Shown here: positions 15,857 through 24,873 of the stretch, one piece after another
Layout of the letters: the number at the start of each line of letters is the position of its first letter
Numbering within the stretch: position 1 is the first letter of the stretch
Virus genome (UHGV): UHGV-0170246
DNA: 45,982 bases
Source: a virus
Strand: one strand, 5' to 3'
The notes under the pieces: generated by a model
Database searches by the model: none
What the model saw: the letters and a program-made list of their open reading frames with translations, nothing else
What the model was told of the DNA's origin: nothing
Made by a program: the position numbers and the translations under genes

Positions 15857-16106
15857 TTCCGCACGGCTACAGCTTGGTTTTTCACCGCTATCAAAAACCA
15901 TCGTGTTGGCCAAAATGCGCGATTTAGGTGACGGAACAAAACGCCGTGTAGGCAATGATCGCGGTCGTGATGTAACCAACGAGGCCGCACAACTCGTTTG
16001 GCATCTTGTCATGGCAGAATGCGGTGAAATCAATTGGGAGCTGGATGATGATTCTCGCATGGTGTTAAGGGCAGAAAAGCAGGGGGCAAACGATGAAAAA
16101 CCGTAA
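15849..16106 (+). CDS. Hypothetical protein
   Basis: ORF 15819-16106; GTG at 15849 preferred because of the AGGGGG RBS; start uncertain. Confidence 0.3.
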   Translation: MSNSARLQLGFSPLSKTIVLAKMRDLGDGTKRRVGNDRGRDVTNEAAQLVWHLVMAECGEINWELDDDSRMVLRAEKQGANDEKP

Positions 16107-16281
16107 AGCAAAGATTCTGTTAGTTCGTAGAAACGCTCCTGGCGTCTGGCAGTGGGTGAGACTCAGCAACCGACGGATGGGGTTGATGAAATATTACGGG
16201 ATGATGGATTGTGGTTTTTGCAAAAAGCCCAGCGCGGCGCAAAACCGCTGGAAAAACCACTTGCGCAATAAAGGAGAGTGA
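16093..16281 (+). CDS. Small hypothetical protein
   Basis: 62-aa ORF with AGGGGG RBS; overlaps the upstream stop. Confidence 0.3.
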   Translation: MKNRKAKILLVRRNAPGVWQWVRLSNRRMGLMKYYGMMDCGFCKKPSAAQNRWKNHLRNKGE

Positions 16282-16282
16282 T

Positions 16283-16648
16283 ATGGCACTGACGAAAAAA
16301 CAACGTGCAGAGCTGCGCATGAAGTTCGGCGGTCGCTGTGCTTATTGTGGCTGTGAACTTGGCGAAAAGTGGCATGCAGACCATGTAAAACCGGTCATTC
16401 GTTTTGCTGGAAATATGCTTCACCAGGAACGTGACGATATATCCAACATGGTTCCGGCATGCCACCCATGCAATCTGCACAAGCATTGCAGCAGCCTGGA
16501 AGATTATCGGCGAATTATCAGTGATGGTCGTCGTGAATTCCTTGCGTCCGGGAAAGGCAAAGCGCTGGTTCGTATGGGATTGGTTGAAATGAAATCTGAC
16601 CCGGTTGTGTTCTGGTTTGAAAAATATCAAGAAGGGGCTACGGCATGA
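16283..16648 (+). CDS. HNH endonuclease
   Basis: AAGGAGAG RBS before ATG 16283; CAYCGC..HADHVKP..CHPCNLHKH is a classic HNH Zn-finger layout. Confidence 0.7.
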   Translation: MALTKKQRAELRMKFGGRCAYCGCELGEKWHADHVKPVIRFAGNMLHQERDDISNMVPACHPCNLHKHCSSLEDYRRIISDGRREFLASGKGKALVRMGLVEMKSDPVVFWFEKYQEGATA

Positions 16649-17157
16649 CCACTATTACCAGAGAACAAGCTCTGAAAATTATTGAGGCAGCCGATGAGGT
16701 TATTAGTGCGCTTGCCGGAACTAACGAGGATGTTCACCTTGGTAGCGATAACATGCTACGTCTGTGGGATGACCTGAATGACCGTTACGCGCCGCCAGAA
16801 GTTGTGCGCGAACTGGCACGGATTGCACTGGCATCGCTGGAAGCGGAGCCTGTAGCGTGGCGATATCGCTACGTGAAAAAAGGCGTTACGGACTCTCAGG
16901 GGGAGCCGTGGGTTGGTGACTGGAAATATGTACCGACAAAAGAGGATTGCAACGACAGGCCGAACTATGAAATTCAGGCGTTATTCACGGCCCAGCCTGT
17001 GCCACTGACACCAGAAGGATTGATTAAAGCAGTGCGTTTCTATGAACAGGTAAAGCGTGAGAATCCGCCAGTCGAAACCGGAGCATGGAAAGACGCTGTT
17101 GATTGGGTACTCAAAGAGGCTTGCCAGGCTGTAAACATTGGTACCAAAGGAGATTGA
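16645..17157 (+). CDS. Hypothetical protein sharing an IALASLEAEPVAW motif with the next gene
   Basis: 170-aa ORF; ATGA overlap with the HNH gene. Confidence 0.45.
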   Translation: MTTITREQALKIIEAADEVISALAGTNEDVHLGSDNMLRLWDDLNDRYAPPEVVRELARIALASLEAEPVAWRYRYVKKGVTDSQGEPWVGDWKYVPTKEDCNDRPNYEIQALFTAQPVPLTPEGLIKAVRFYEQVKRENPPVETGAWKDAVDWVLKEACQAVNIGTKGD

Positions 17158-17158
17158 T

Positions 17159-17566
17159 ATGAGCACTTTTACCGACAAAGAAATGATTAAAGAAATCAAA
17201 GAGCGCATAGGCAGCCTGGACGTGAGAGACAATATTGAGCGCCGTGCTTATGAAATTGCTCTGGCATCGCTGGAAGCAGAGCCGGTAGCGTGGGAATGCG
17301 GTGAAAACATAATCCTGTTTAACCCTGACACAGTTGAAGCATACGCAAAACGTGCGGAAATATCACCTAAACCTCTATTCTCCGCGCCGCCAACGGCGGT
17401 AGTGCCGGATGATGGGCGCGAAAAGTTCGAAGCACTTGTCAGGTTTCATGCGGGTGATAAAAACCATGAAACATTATTGCTTCGTGCCAACGAAGGGATG
17501 AATTACCAAGACCCGAATGTTGATCTGGCGTGGATATTCTGGAAGTCCAGTCGTGAACATATATAA
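17159..17566 (+). CDS. Hypothetical protein, motif paralogue of the upstream gene
   Basis: AAGGAG RBS before ATG 17159; contains IALASLEAEPVAW. Confidence 0.45.
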   Translation: MSTFTDKEMIKEIKERIGSLDVRDNIERRAYEIALASLEAEPVAWECGENIILFNPDTVEAYAKRAEISPKPLFSAPPTAVVPDDGREKFEALVRFHAGDKNHETLLLRANEGMNYQDPNVDLAWIFWKSSREHI

Positions 17567-17908
17567 GCTGTAGTGAGAAGCCATGCGCTTACGAGCAGTA
17601 TTCAGATATTCAGAGCGGGTAATGAAGCACATACAACCGAAAACATGGCAGAAACTGGACTTTATGGGAGTTAAGTTGGAGAAGATTACTCAACTTAAGC
17701 AGTGGCATATTGGCGAATATTATGGAAGTCCTGGTCGGGATGTTCGTTTGGTAAAAAGTTGAGTATTGTTTTTTTATTGATCAATTAACCACAGAGTGAA
17801 GGTTTTTTTATGGGAAAGCCTTGTTTTAGGTGGTAACTGGGTGTAGTGTTTCATTTAACGTAGTAAAACTGCGTTAAGCGATTACCGCGTAATTTGTTGC
17901 TTTATGAA

Positions 17909-17939
17909 GCCCTGCCTTTTTCGGCGGGGCTTTTTTTTT
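17909..17939 (+). terminator. Rho-independent terminator just upstream of the lysis cassette
   Basis: 8-bp stem GCCCTGCC/GGCGGGGC (one G-U pair) followed by nine T. Confidence 0.7.
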
Positions 17940-17952
17940 AACGAGGATTTCA

Positions 17953-18348
17953 ATGTCAGCAGAACCAATTTCCGGTACGGCCGTTGCTGCTGGTGGCCTG
18001 ATGGGTGCCAGCGTTTTTGGTATTGCAACTGGTATTGATTACGGCGTTGTATTCGGGGCATTTGCTGGCGCTGTTTTCTATGTTGCTACAGCGGTGAATA
18101 TTAGCCGTCTCAAGCTGATTGGCTATTTCTTTACATCGTTCATTGTTGGAGTGATTGGAGCGCCGTTAGTTGGCTCATTTCTTGCCAAATGGACCAGCTA
18201 CAACGATCGTCCTCTGGATGCGCTTGGTGCGGTTATTGTGGCTGCATTGACCATTAAAATCCTCACGTTCGTAAACAGCCAGGATCTCGGTAGCATCTTT
18301 GGAATGCTTTCTCGCTTACGTGGAGGGGGTTCAAATGGTAAGCAGTGA
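17953..18348 (+). CDS. Putative holin
   Basis: 131 aa with several hydrophobic Gly/Ala-rich transmembrane segments; first gene of the lysis cluster. Confidence 0.55.
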   Translation: MSAEPISGTAVAAGGLMGASVFGIATGIDYGVVFGAFAGAVFYVATAVNISRLKLIGYFFTSFIVGVIGAPLVGSFLAKWTSYNDRPLDALGAVIVAALTIKILTFVNSQDLGSIFGMLSRLRGGGSNGKQ

Positions 18349-18631
18349 CCCGTCAGCACTGATTAATGCGGTGCTTTGCACAGTAATAGTAATGGCGCTG
18401 ATGCTTTATCGACGGAAAGACTCCAGGCATCGTCCATTTGTTTCCTTTCTGGCTTATATCTACGTCATTGTATACGCCAATGTTCCCTTCCGTTATGTGT
18501 TCGGTCTTTATCAAGAATCCCACTGGCTGGTGGTTATTGGAAATCTGATTATCTGCATCGTTGTTCTGTATTTCAGGGGCAATCTGGCGCGGATAGTTGA
18601 CGCATTAGGGTTTAATCATGACCAAAGATGA
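18335..18631 (+). CDS. Putative membrane protein (second holin or antiholin candidate)
   Basis: Internal ATG of ORF 18299-18631; two or three hydrophobic segments. Confidence 0.4.
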   Translation: MVSSDPSALINAVLCTVIVMALMLYRRKDSRHRPFVSFLAYIYVIVYANVPFRYVFGLYQESHWLVVIGNLIICIVVLYFRGNLARIVDALGFNHDQR

Positions 18632-19160
18632 GATTTTTAACAGCGTTCTTGGAAAAGAGGGCGGCTATGTGGATCACCCTGACGACAAGGGAGGCCCAAC
18701 AAAGTGGGGCATTACTCAGAACACTGCCCGTGCTCATGGATACCGTGGCGATATGCGCGATTTAACTCGCGAACAGGCTCTGGAAATCCTTGAGGCTGAT
18801 TACTGGTACGGCCCACGTTTTGACCAGATAGCAACTCTGTCGCCGGATATTGCCGCAGAACTGTGCGACACGGGCGTCAACATGGGGCCAACAGTGGCGT
18901 CAAAAATGCTTCAACGCTGGCTGAATGTGTTCAACCTGCGTGGGAAGCTGTATCCCGATTTGGATGCAGACGGACGAATCGGTCCACGTACCATTAATGC
19001 GCTGCGTGCTTATCTTGGGAATCGGGGAAAAGACGGCGAACGGGTGATGCTGACGTCGCTGAACTGTACGCAGGGCGAACGCTATCTGGAGTTGGCGGAG
19101 AAGCGCGAGGCTAATGAGTCGTTTGTCTACGGCTGGATGAAAGAGCGAGTGGTGGTATGA
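18618..19160 (+). CDS. Endolysin (GH108-like N-terminal domain with C-terminal peptidoglycan-binding domain)
   Basis: 180 aa; EGGYVDHPDDKGGPTKWGIT motif characteristic of GH108 lysozymes (recalled). Confidence 0.8.
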   Translation: MTKDEIFNSVLGKEGGYVDHPDDKGGPTKWGITQNTARAHGYRGDMRDLTREQALEILEADYWYGPRFDQIATLSPDIAAELCDTGVNMGPTVASKMLQRWLNVFNLRGKLYPDLDADGRIGPRTINALRAYLGNRGKDGERVMLTSLNCTQGERYLELAEKREANESFVYGWMKERVVV

Positions 19161-19435
19161 CTGGTTTGAAGGCCGTTTTGTCATTTATTGGCACAATTAT
19201 ATTGGTTGCATTTGGCGCGTTTGGTTTTGGTCGTATGAAGGGGCGAGAAAAGGCCGAAGATGAAGCTGAAAAGCAGCGCATTAATGAGAATGCAGCCGCC
19301 GTAAAAGCCACTGCGGAGCGGCGTATAGAAGTGACAAAAGAGGTGGGGAATGTACAGCAGAGTGTTAACCATATGGCTGATGACGATGTTGATCGCGAGC
19401 TGCGGGAGTCGTGGAAGCGTCCCGGTGGTGGTTGA
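19157..19435 (+). CDS. Putative i-spanin (Rz-like)
   Basis: 92 aa; N-terminal transmembrane segment then charged coiled region; follows the endolysin with ATGA overlap. Confidence 0.5.
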   Translation: MTGLKAVLSFIGTIILVAFGAFGFGRMKGREKAEDEAEKQRINENAAAVKATAERRIEVTKEVGNVQQSVNHMADDDVDRELRESWKRPGGG

Positions 19436-19559
19436 TACCGCCTGTGATTGGGTAAAGCCCATCTACCTGACTGATCACGACATCGATGTTATGGACCGAC
19501 AGACAAAGAAAGATATTCTGGCTCATAACAGGGCATGGGAAATCAACTGTCCAAAGTAA
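19350..19559 (+). CDS. Putative o-spanin lipoprotein (Rz1-like), overlapping the i-spanin gene in another frame
   Basis: 69 aa; signal peptide with lipobox LIASC. Confidence 0.5.
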   Translation: MYSRVLTIWLMTMLIASCGSRGSVPVVVDTACDWVKPIYLTDHDIDVMDRQTKKDILAHNRAWEINCPK

Positions 19560-19594
19560 TATATATTTCTATAATTATATAAATATATAGTTAC
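19558..19594. repeat. AT-rich motif locus (ATATATTTCTATAATTATATAAATATATAG)
   Basis: Contains the CTATAATTATATAAAT core shared with the par-flanking repeats. Confidence 0.5.
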
Positions 19595-19728
19595 AACATT
19601 CTATGCGCTTTTCTCATGGGCGCACGCATCAACCATGTTTGTCTGATATGCCGCCGCGCCCAAAAATCCTGAATTTATTGGCTGGGATTTTCGTGCGCGG
19701 CGCCACACCAGACAAACAAATCAAATAT

Positions 19729-19804
19729 GGCCCCTTAGCTCAGTGGTTAGAGCAGGCGACTCATAATCGCACGGTCATCGGTTCAAATCCGGTAGGGGCC
19801 ACCA
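19729..19804 (+). tRNA. tRNA with anticodon CAU (Met, or Ile2 if lysidine-modified)
   Basis: Hand-folded cloverleaf: 7-bp acceptor stem GGCCCCT/AGGGGCC, D arm, anticodon loop CTCATAA, T arm GGTTCAAATCC, encoded CCA; strongly resembles E. coli ileX as I recall it. Confidence 0.85.
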
Positions 19805-20111
19805 ATTCACTCTCACACATAAAGATAAGCGCGGTGGAGTTACTTCTTCGTGCTCATCTTTATGCGTGCCTGGTGCGCATTTCGGGCGAACGTGGGGCTA
19901 AGTTACAGGCAGGGCCTGTTATCCGCAAAGGGGTAAAAGCTGGAGCGGCACGGAACTGTAGCCGTGTTACCAAAACAGCGTTGTCGGGCGATATCCGGCA
20001 CACAACAGGCAAGGGCATTAATCAGTCTGGTTAGTGCCCTTTTCGTTGTGTTTGCTGTAGAGCTGGCCAGCGTTATGACTGCCGGAGATAAGCGCCGGAG
20101 GCACAATTAAC

Positions 20112-20699
20112 ATGGAGGCAATTGCATTGTTTAATCTGATTTATGCAGATCCCCCCTGGGAATACAAAGACAAGTGTAAGGATGGGAATCGTGGAGCTGG
20201 TTTTAAGTATCCAACGATGAAAGCTGAGGAGATTGCTCGTATTCCTGTCTGGCAGCTTGCTAATCCTGAATCGTGTTTGTTGGCCATGTGGTGGGTTCCG
20301 ACTCAGCCAGAAGAAGCGTTGCTGGTGGTTAAAGCATGGGGATTCAGGCTGATGACCATGAAGGGCTTCACATGGAACAAATGTGGTAGCCGACAACCAG
20401 ATAAGCTGGTGATGGGGATGGGGCATATGACTCGTGCAAACAGTGAAGATTGCTTGTTTGCGGTAAAAGGCAAACTGCCGACCCGTCTTGATGCGGGGAT
20501 CATTCAGTCGTTTACATCGCCTCGTCTGGAGCATTCTCGGAAGCCTGATGTGGTCCGTGACAAGCTGGTAAAGCTGTTAGGTGATGTTCCTCGTATTGAG
20601 CTGTTTGCTCGCGGTGATTTACCTGATGGCTGGCATGGCTGGGGCAACCAGTGCAATGGAGGTATCCAGTTGCATGATGCTCTCTGGCAAGTGGCATAG
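20112..20699 (+). CDS. MT-A70 family N6-adenine DNA methyltransferase
   Basis: 195 aa; DPPW catalytic motif (YADPPWEY) near the N-terminus. Confidence 0.8.
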   Translation: MEAIALFNLIYADPPWEYKDKCKDGNRGAGFKYPTMKAEEIARIPVWQLANPESCLLAMWWVPTQPEEALLVVKAWGFRLMTMKGFTWNKCGSRQPDKLVMGMGHMTRANSEDCLFAVKGKLPTRLDAGIIQSFTSPRLEHSRKPDVVRDKLVKLLGDVPRIELFARGDLPDGWHGWGNQCNGGIQLHDALWQVA

Positions 20700-20812
20700 A
20701 ATTATATAATTATAGATTTATATAAAAAGTGCTTTACAGGTGGGAAAAAAATTTCCTAAGGTTATACCCGAAACCGAGCGATACCCGCCCTGGTTAAACC
20801 GGAGATAACCCG
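20695..20812 (+). repeat. Conserved promoter/leader cassette, copy C (TTTACA at 20733-20738)
   Basis: Near-identical to cassettes A and B; ends at ATG 20813. Confidence 0.7.
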
Positions 20813-21082
20813 ATGAAAGTACAAGACCGTGAAGTAGTAAAAAACCTCCTGCAATACCTGACCTCAAAAAACCTGACGGGCAGCGTTGAGTTCCGTGAAG
20901 CGTTAAAACATTTCAACGTCACTACGGTTTATCGTTGGGAAAACGAACATTCTGAAAGACCGTATGTGGTGGATGTTTTTGCGCCTGATATTGAGTGCGG
21001 TTTTGAGCGTCATTCGTTCAAGGAGAAACATTCCGCTGATGTTTTTTGTGAGGTTGTATGTGCGGCAGGAGATGATGAGTGA
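20813..21082 (+). CDS. Hypothetical protein, first gene after cassette C
   Basis: 89-aa ORF with GGAG RBS in the conserved leader. Confidence 0.45.
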   Translation: MKVQDREVVKNLLQYLTSKNLTGSVEFREALKHFNVTTVYRWENEHSERPYVVDVFAPDIECGFERHSFKEKHSADVFCEVVCAAGDDE

Positions 21083-21279
21083 TGCGTATTTCCTTCAAAC
21101 GTGCGACTGAGCAGCAACGCAAAGAGTTCCTGGCTGATGATGTAGCGGCCGTTTATGACCTCATGAAAGAGGTTGTGGAATCAGGGAACTACACGGCGGC
21201 AAAGATGCTTAAACTGCAATTCTTGCTGGGCGACCTGAAATACAAATCCGAAGTTGTCGCCGGACGACGCGAGCATTAA
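21079..21279 (+). CDS. Hypothetical protein
   Basis: 66-aa ORF with ATGA overlap; followed by a terminator. Confidence 0.4.
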   Translation: MMRISFKRATEQQRKEFLADDVAAVYDLMKEVVESGNYTAAKMLKLQFLLGDLKYKSEVVAGRREH

Positions 21280-21302
21280 ACCGTAACGATAACGAACAAC
21301 GA

Positions 21303-21329
21303 GCCTCGGCAATTGCCGGGGCTTTTTTA
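21303..21329 (+). terminator. Rho-independent terminator
   Basis: Hairpin around the CCGGCAATTGCCGG palindrome followed by TTTTTT. Confidence 0.65.
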
Positions 21330-21353
21330 CATCCAGACAAAGGAGAACATGGG

Positions 21354-21809
21354 ATGCCTTCGACAAGCACCAAAAAAGAAATGGCGATTAGTGATGTGCT
21401 TTACGCGCTTTCGATTATGTGTGACGGAGCAATGATGAGGATGAAAGTCCTCCATGAAGCATACGGAAAAAGTCACGACGAGGCAGCCAAAGAGTGCCTG
21501 AATGAGATTGTGGACTTCATTGATAGCCATCGGTCGCTGATAGCTCTCGATAACCAGCCTCAAGCCGAAGAATGCCAGAAGCGCGAGTATAAAACGATAT
21601 ATGGGAATAAGTTCTCCTGTCTAAGCGAGTTGGCTGCAAAGGTGGCCGACATTCTGGAGAACAACGGCGGTCGAATGCGTCAGGTTAGCTATCAGTCTGA
21701 ATATGAAGCTCTAATCATGTTAGTTGATCAGTTAGTTGATACCGGAGCTTTACAGCTCAACTGCGTAAGGCTATCTGGTCATCCGATAAAAATGAATGGA
21801 AGGATATAA
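21354..21809 (+). CDS. Hypothetical protein
   Basis: 151-aa ORF. Confidence 0.45.
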   Translation: MPSTSTKKEMAISDVLYALSIMCDGAMMRMKVLHEAYGKSHDEAAKECLNEIVDFIDSHRSLIALDNQPQAEECQKREYKTIYGNKFSCLSELAAKVADILENNGGRMRQVSYQSEYEALIMLVDQLVDTGALQLNCVRLSGHPIKMNGRI

Positions 21810-21811
21810 CC

Positions 21812-22018
21812 GTGGACTTGCCGAGTGATTTGTTCTGGTTTCCGCTTCCAATAAGAGATTTGTTGGTATTTCTGGCTGGGGCTTACGTCTGGAGAAAAGC
21901 GAAAGACACCTCGTTATCTTTGAGGTTTGTCTTAGCTATATCGGTAGGAACCGCGCTGGGGACGGCGTATCTCTTGACATTACTGGAGATATTCATTGAA
22001 GAATGGATAGTTTCATGA
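21812..22018 (+). CDS. Small membrane protein
   Basis: 68-aa ORF with two hydrophobic stretches. Confidence 0.35.
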   Translation: MDLPSDLFWFPLPIRDLLVFLAGAYVWRKAKDTSLSLRFVLAISVGTALGTAYLLTLLEIFIEEWIVS

Positions 22019-22167
22019 ATGGTGTTGGCATTTTTCTGATGGTTGTGGCCGTGTGTTTTTGTATCTCGCTGGTGGTTATCGCTGGTGTCCTGTGGCGCAT
22101 CTTAGTGGCGCAGAGAGCTTTTCGGCGTAAGCGGGAGCAATTGCGCCTTGATTTCTATCGAAAGTAA
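22015..22167 (+). CDS. Small membrane peptide (50 aa; not in the supplied ORF track)
   Basis: Hand-translated as MNGVGIFLMVVAVCFCISLVVIAGVLWRILVAQRAFRRKREQLRLDFYRK; ATGA overlap with the upstream gene; stop TAA at 22165-22167. Confidence 0.3.
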   Translation: MNGVGIFLMVVAVCFCISLVVIAGVLWRILVAQRAFRRKREQLRLDFYRK

Positions 22168-22216
22168 CTCTTACAGCCTCGCGGTGTCGCGGGGCTTTTT
22201 ATTTTCAGGTGATGTT

Positions 22217-22627
22217 ATGGAAAAGAAAGAAGATAAACCGATTGCCATTGGTGCAGAGTCTGTTCCGTTTAAGTTTGAATTATCCCAACTGGTAACAATG
22301 CGTATCAGTGACGAATGGGGAGAAGTTCAAGCCCGTGCTCAGTATGCAAATGGCGAAAACCAGTATCTGATTCACTATCAGGCGGCTGATGGCCGTGCTA
22401 CCACAGAGTGGTTCGGTGAGTCGATGCTGATTGCGATGGAGGATAAACGTCATCCTGGCTGCCCTGTTTTTGCCTGTATTGATTTGCCAGAAGGCGCGGT
22501 ACTTGAAGACGACGAAGAAGAATGCTCATCTGATGGCGAACTTGTCATTACCGGAATCGTTGATGGTAAGCCGGAATACTCTCGTATTGAGGTAAATAAC
22601 GGCTGCCTCCGTTTGATCCCTGCGTAA
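22217..22627 (+). CDS. Hypothetical acidic protein
   Basis: Internal ATG of ORF 22148-22627 preceded by AGGTGA. Confidence 0.4.
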   Translation: MEKKEDKPIAIGAESVPFKFELSQLVTMRISDEWGEVQARAQYANGENQYLIHYQAADGRATTEWFGESMLIAMEDKRHPGCPVFACIDLPEGAVLEDDEEECSSDGELVITGIVDGKPEYSRIEVNNGCLRLIPA

Positions 22628-22861
22628 CGCATTACAGCAGCTCTTGTGCCTATCAGGGGCTGCGATAATGCGCAAACCAAAGCTGCCTCATTAACTCCAG
22701 CTCGCTGTGGAGTTAATGCTGGTGGCTTTTTTATTACTGGAAGGTGGGCGACCGCCGTCAGTTGCGACCTGACGACAGTCATTCATACCCACAGGGTGCC
22801 GTGGATACAAACCGAGGCCCACTTGCTTGCACAAGCGAGGGGATTTTAGCGGATAAACGGC

Positions 22862-23533
22862 ATGACAAAACATCTTAATGTGGTTTCTTTACCACTTTCT
22901 GTGTTGATTGGTTATGAAAAGAACGCTCGCACACACTCCGTGGAGCAGGTAGATCAGATTGTTGCCAGCATACAGGAGTACGGATGGACTAATCCGATCC
23001 TGATAGACGAGAACAACGTTGTAATTGCTGGTCATGGTCGAATTGTTGCGGCCACTCAGTTGGGGATGGATGACGTTCCCTGCATTGTTCTGGAAGGGCT
23101 AACGGAGAATCAGAAGAAGGCATATCGTCTGGCCGACAACCGTATTCCGCTGAATGCTGGTTGGGATGAAGAGTTGTTAAGCGCGGAACTTGCAGATCTT
23201 GCGGCCGATGATTTTGCTCTGGACTCAATTGGTTTTACTCAGCGCGAACTGGATAACTTATTGAGTGCGGCGGTCTACGATGACACAGAGGGTATGGATA
23301 TCCCATTTGAGAAGGATGAGGCCAAATCAGGCGTAAAAGTTCAGTACCTGTCATTTGGAGGTCATAAAATCCCAGCAACGGATGGGAAGCGGATCGTTTT
23401 GACTGCGCGGTATCTCGTTATGTTGATGATAATGGCAGCTATATCGGATTTGTATCCGCATTGCTGGCTGGGGAGGTGTGCTGATGCTTCATCTCAATTA
23501 CGACATAACGCACCTACGCGGCGCGGAATATAA
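22862..23533 (+). CDS. ParB-like nuclease domain protein (paralogue 1)
   Basis: 223 aa; ParB/Srx motif AGHGR; about 55% identical by eye to the protein at 26151-26741 over the N-terminal ~130 aa. Confidence 0.7.
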   Translation: MTKHLNVVSLPLSVLIGYEKNARTHSVEQVDQIVASIQEYGWTNPILIDENNVVIAGHGRIVAATQLGMDDVPCIVLEGLTENQKKAYRLADNRIPLNAGWDEELLSAELADLAADDFALDSIGFTQRELDNLLSAAVYDDTEGMDIPFEKDEAKSGVKVQYLSFGGHKIPATDGKRIVLTARYLVMLMIMAAISDLYPHCWLGRCADASSQLRHNAPTRRGI

Positions 23534-24857
23534 CCCGCGTTTTATCGGTGAGGATGATCTTGCGAGGCTGGCGGAAAGCGTCAGGGAGCTGGGGCTTGTG
23601 AAGCCATTGATAGTGCGCGGCGATTTGCTGGTGGCGGGACACCAAAGGACGAAGGCGCTACGTAAGTTGGGAATAACGCGTGCTGCGGTGTATGTGTTGC
23701 CCTGTGAAACGACGGTATACGACGAAGTACGGTTTAACCAACTGCATAACGGAACGGATTTTGACAGCGGAGATGAGCGTTGCAGGGTGTCAGGTCTGGA
23801 AGATAAGCATGGTTTTGTTCAGGTATCGGCAAGCCAGATCTCAGGCAATATGCGCGCGAAAATGGCATATGTTCGAAAGAACATAGCGGAACTGGTTATC
23901 AAGTATGGGCCGTGGGGTGGTTGTGTTGCTACTCAGTCTGGTGAGGTTATTCACTGTGCTCAGTATGCATTAGCAGCGAAGATGACGCGCACACCGCTAA
24001 CGGTGTTTGTGATCCCTGATGTTGAGAAGGAAAAATACCAAAGTTATCTGAATAAAACTTATGGTGTATTTGAGTATTCTCACCTGGAGAAAACAACATA
24101 CATCCAGACGTATGCGCAGCTTATGCGGTTGCGTAATGGTGGCAGCCTGAAATCAAACCTGTATGAGTCGTTGATCCTCCCGATCATTGCCAAGACGCCA
24201 AGAGGAATTGATTTTGGTTCGGGGCAGGGAGACTACGCGCGAATGCTCAGGGCAAAGGGATATAACCTGCATGATCTAGAGCTTTTCCGCCGTAAGGGCG
24301 CTGGAAACACTCTGGATAGGACTGCAACAAACCGGATGATTGATACGCTGGTGGACGACTTAAAAACGCGAGGGCGTTACGACTACGTGATTTGCGATAG
24401 CGTTTTGAACTCGGTCGATAGTGTCGAGGCTGAATGGTCCGTTCTAACGGTTCTGAAAGGCCTGTGTAAAGCTGGTGGGTCAATATTCTTTTCTGGTCGT
24501 AGCCGTGGAGAGCTGGAAACAGTCCTGAAGCAAACACAAGCGGCGAGTTCCAAAAGCCGGCTTTATTTTATTGATCATAACGGTTTTACCGCGTTGTACC
24601 GGAAGGGGCACTGGTTTTACCAGAAGTTTCACTCTGATGATGAAGTGAAGCAGTTGTGTCGTGTACATGGTTTCAGGATTAAGCGGTCAATATTCAACTG
24701 TAAGAGCTGGTATTTGCACGTCATTAACGATGATTCCCTTAGTTGGGCGAGTCTGGAGAAAGCTGTTCGTTTTGAGTTTGAGTTGCCGTTGCCTGGTGGT
24801 TCAACAATCGGACGATCTGATGATGTGCTGGCGGCTTTCCGGCCGTTGATTAAGTAG
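23484..24857 (+). CDS. ParB-like N-terminal domain fused to a class I SAM-dependent methyltransferase-like domain
   Basis: GGGAGG RBS before ATG 23484; N-terminus LLVAGHQRTKALRKLG is ParB-like; C-terminal region has motif I IDFGSGQG, acidic post-I, hhhhD (YDYVICD) and GG motif; no DPPY-type motif seen. Confidence 0.55.
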   Translation: MLHLNYDITHLRGAEYNPRFIGEDDLARLAESVRELGLVKPLIVRGDLLVAGHQRTKALRKLGITRAAVYVLPCETTVYDEVRFNQLHNGTDFDSGDERCRVSGLEDKHGFVQVSASQISGNMRAKMAYVRKNIAELVIKYGPWGGCVATQSGEVIHCAQYALAAKMTRTPLTVFVIPDVEKEKYQSYLNKTYGVFEYSHLEKTTYIQTYAQLMRLRNGGSLKSNLYESLILPIIAKTPRGIDFGSGQGDYARMLRAKGYNLHDLELFRRKGAGNTLDRTATNRMIDTLVDDLKTRGRYDYVICDSVLNSVDSVEAEWSVLTVLKGLCKAGGSIFFSGRSRGELETVLKQTQAASSKSRLYFIDHNGFTALYRKGHWFYQKFHSDDEVKQLCRVHGFRIKRSIFNCKSWYLHVINDDSLSWASLEKAVRFEFELPLPGGSTIGRSDDVLAAFRPLIK

Positions 24858-24873
24858 TCTGTAGGAGGCGCTG

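Noticed and set aside
19729-19804. tRNA as an integration (attP) site of an integrated prophage
   Set aside because: The tRNA is internal to the element, no integrase is encoded in the window, and plasmid replication and partition genes are present.
19603-20034. 143-aa ORF overlapping the tRNA
   Set aside because: It reads through a well-formed tRNA cloverleaf on the same strand; treated as spurious.
3996-20812. Possibility that the repeated cassettes and AT-rich repeats are a CRISPR array or insertion-sequence ends
   Set aside because: Copies are kilobases apart with no regular repeat-spacer periodicity, no cas genes and no transposase; they behave like promoter/operator units instead.
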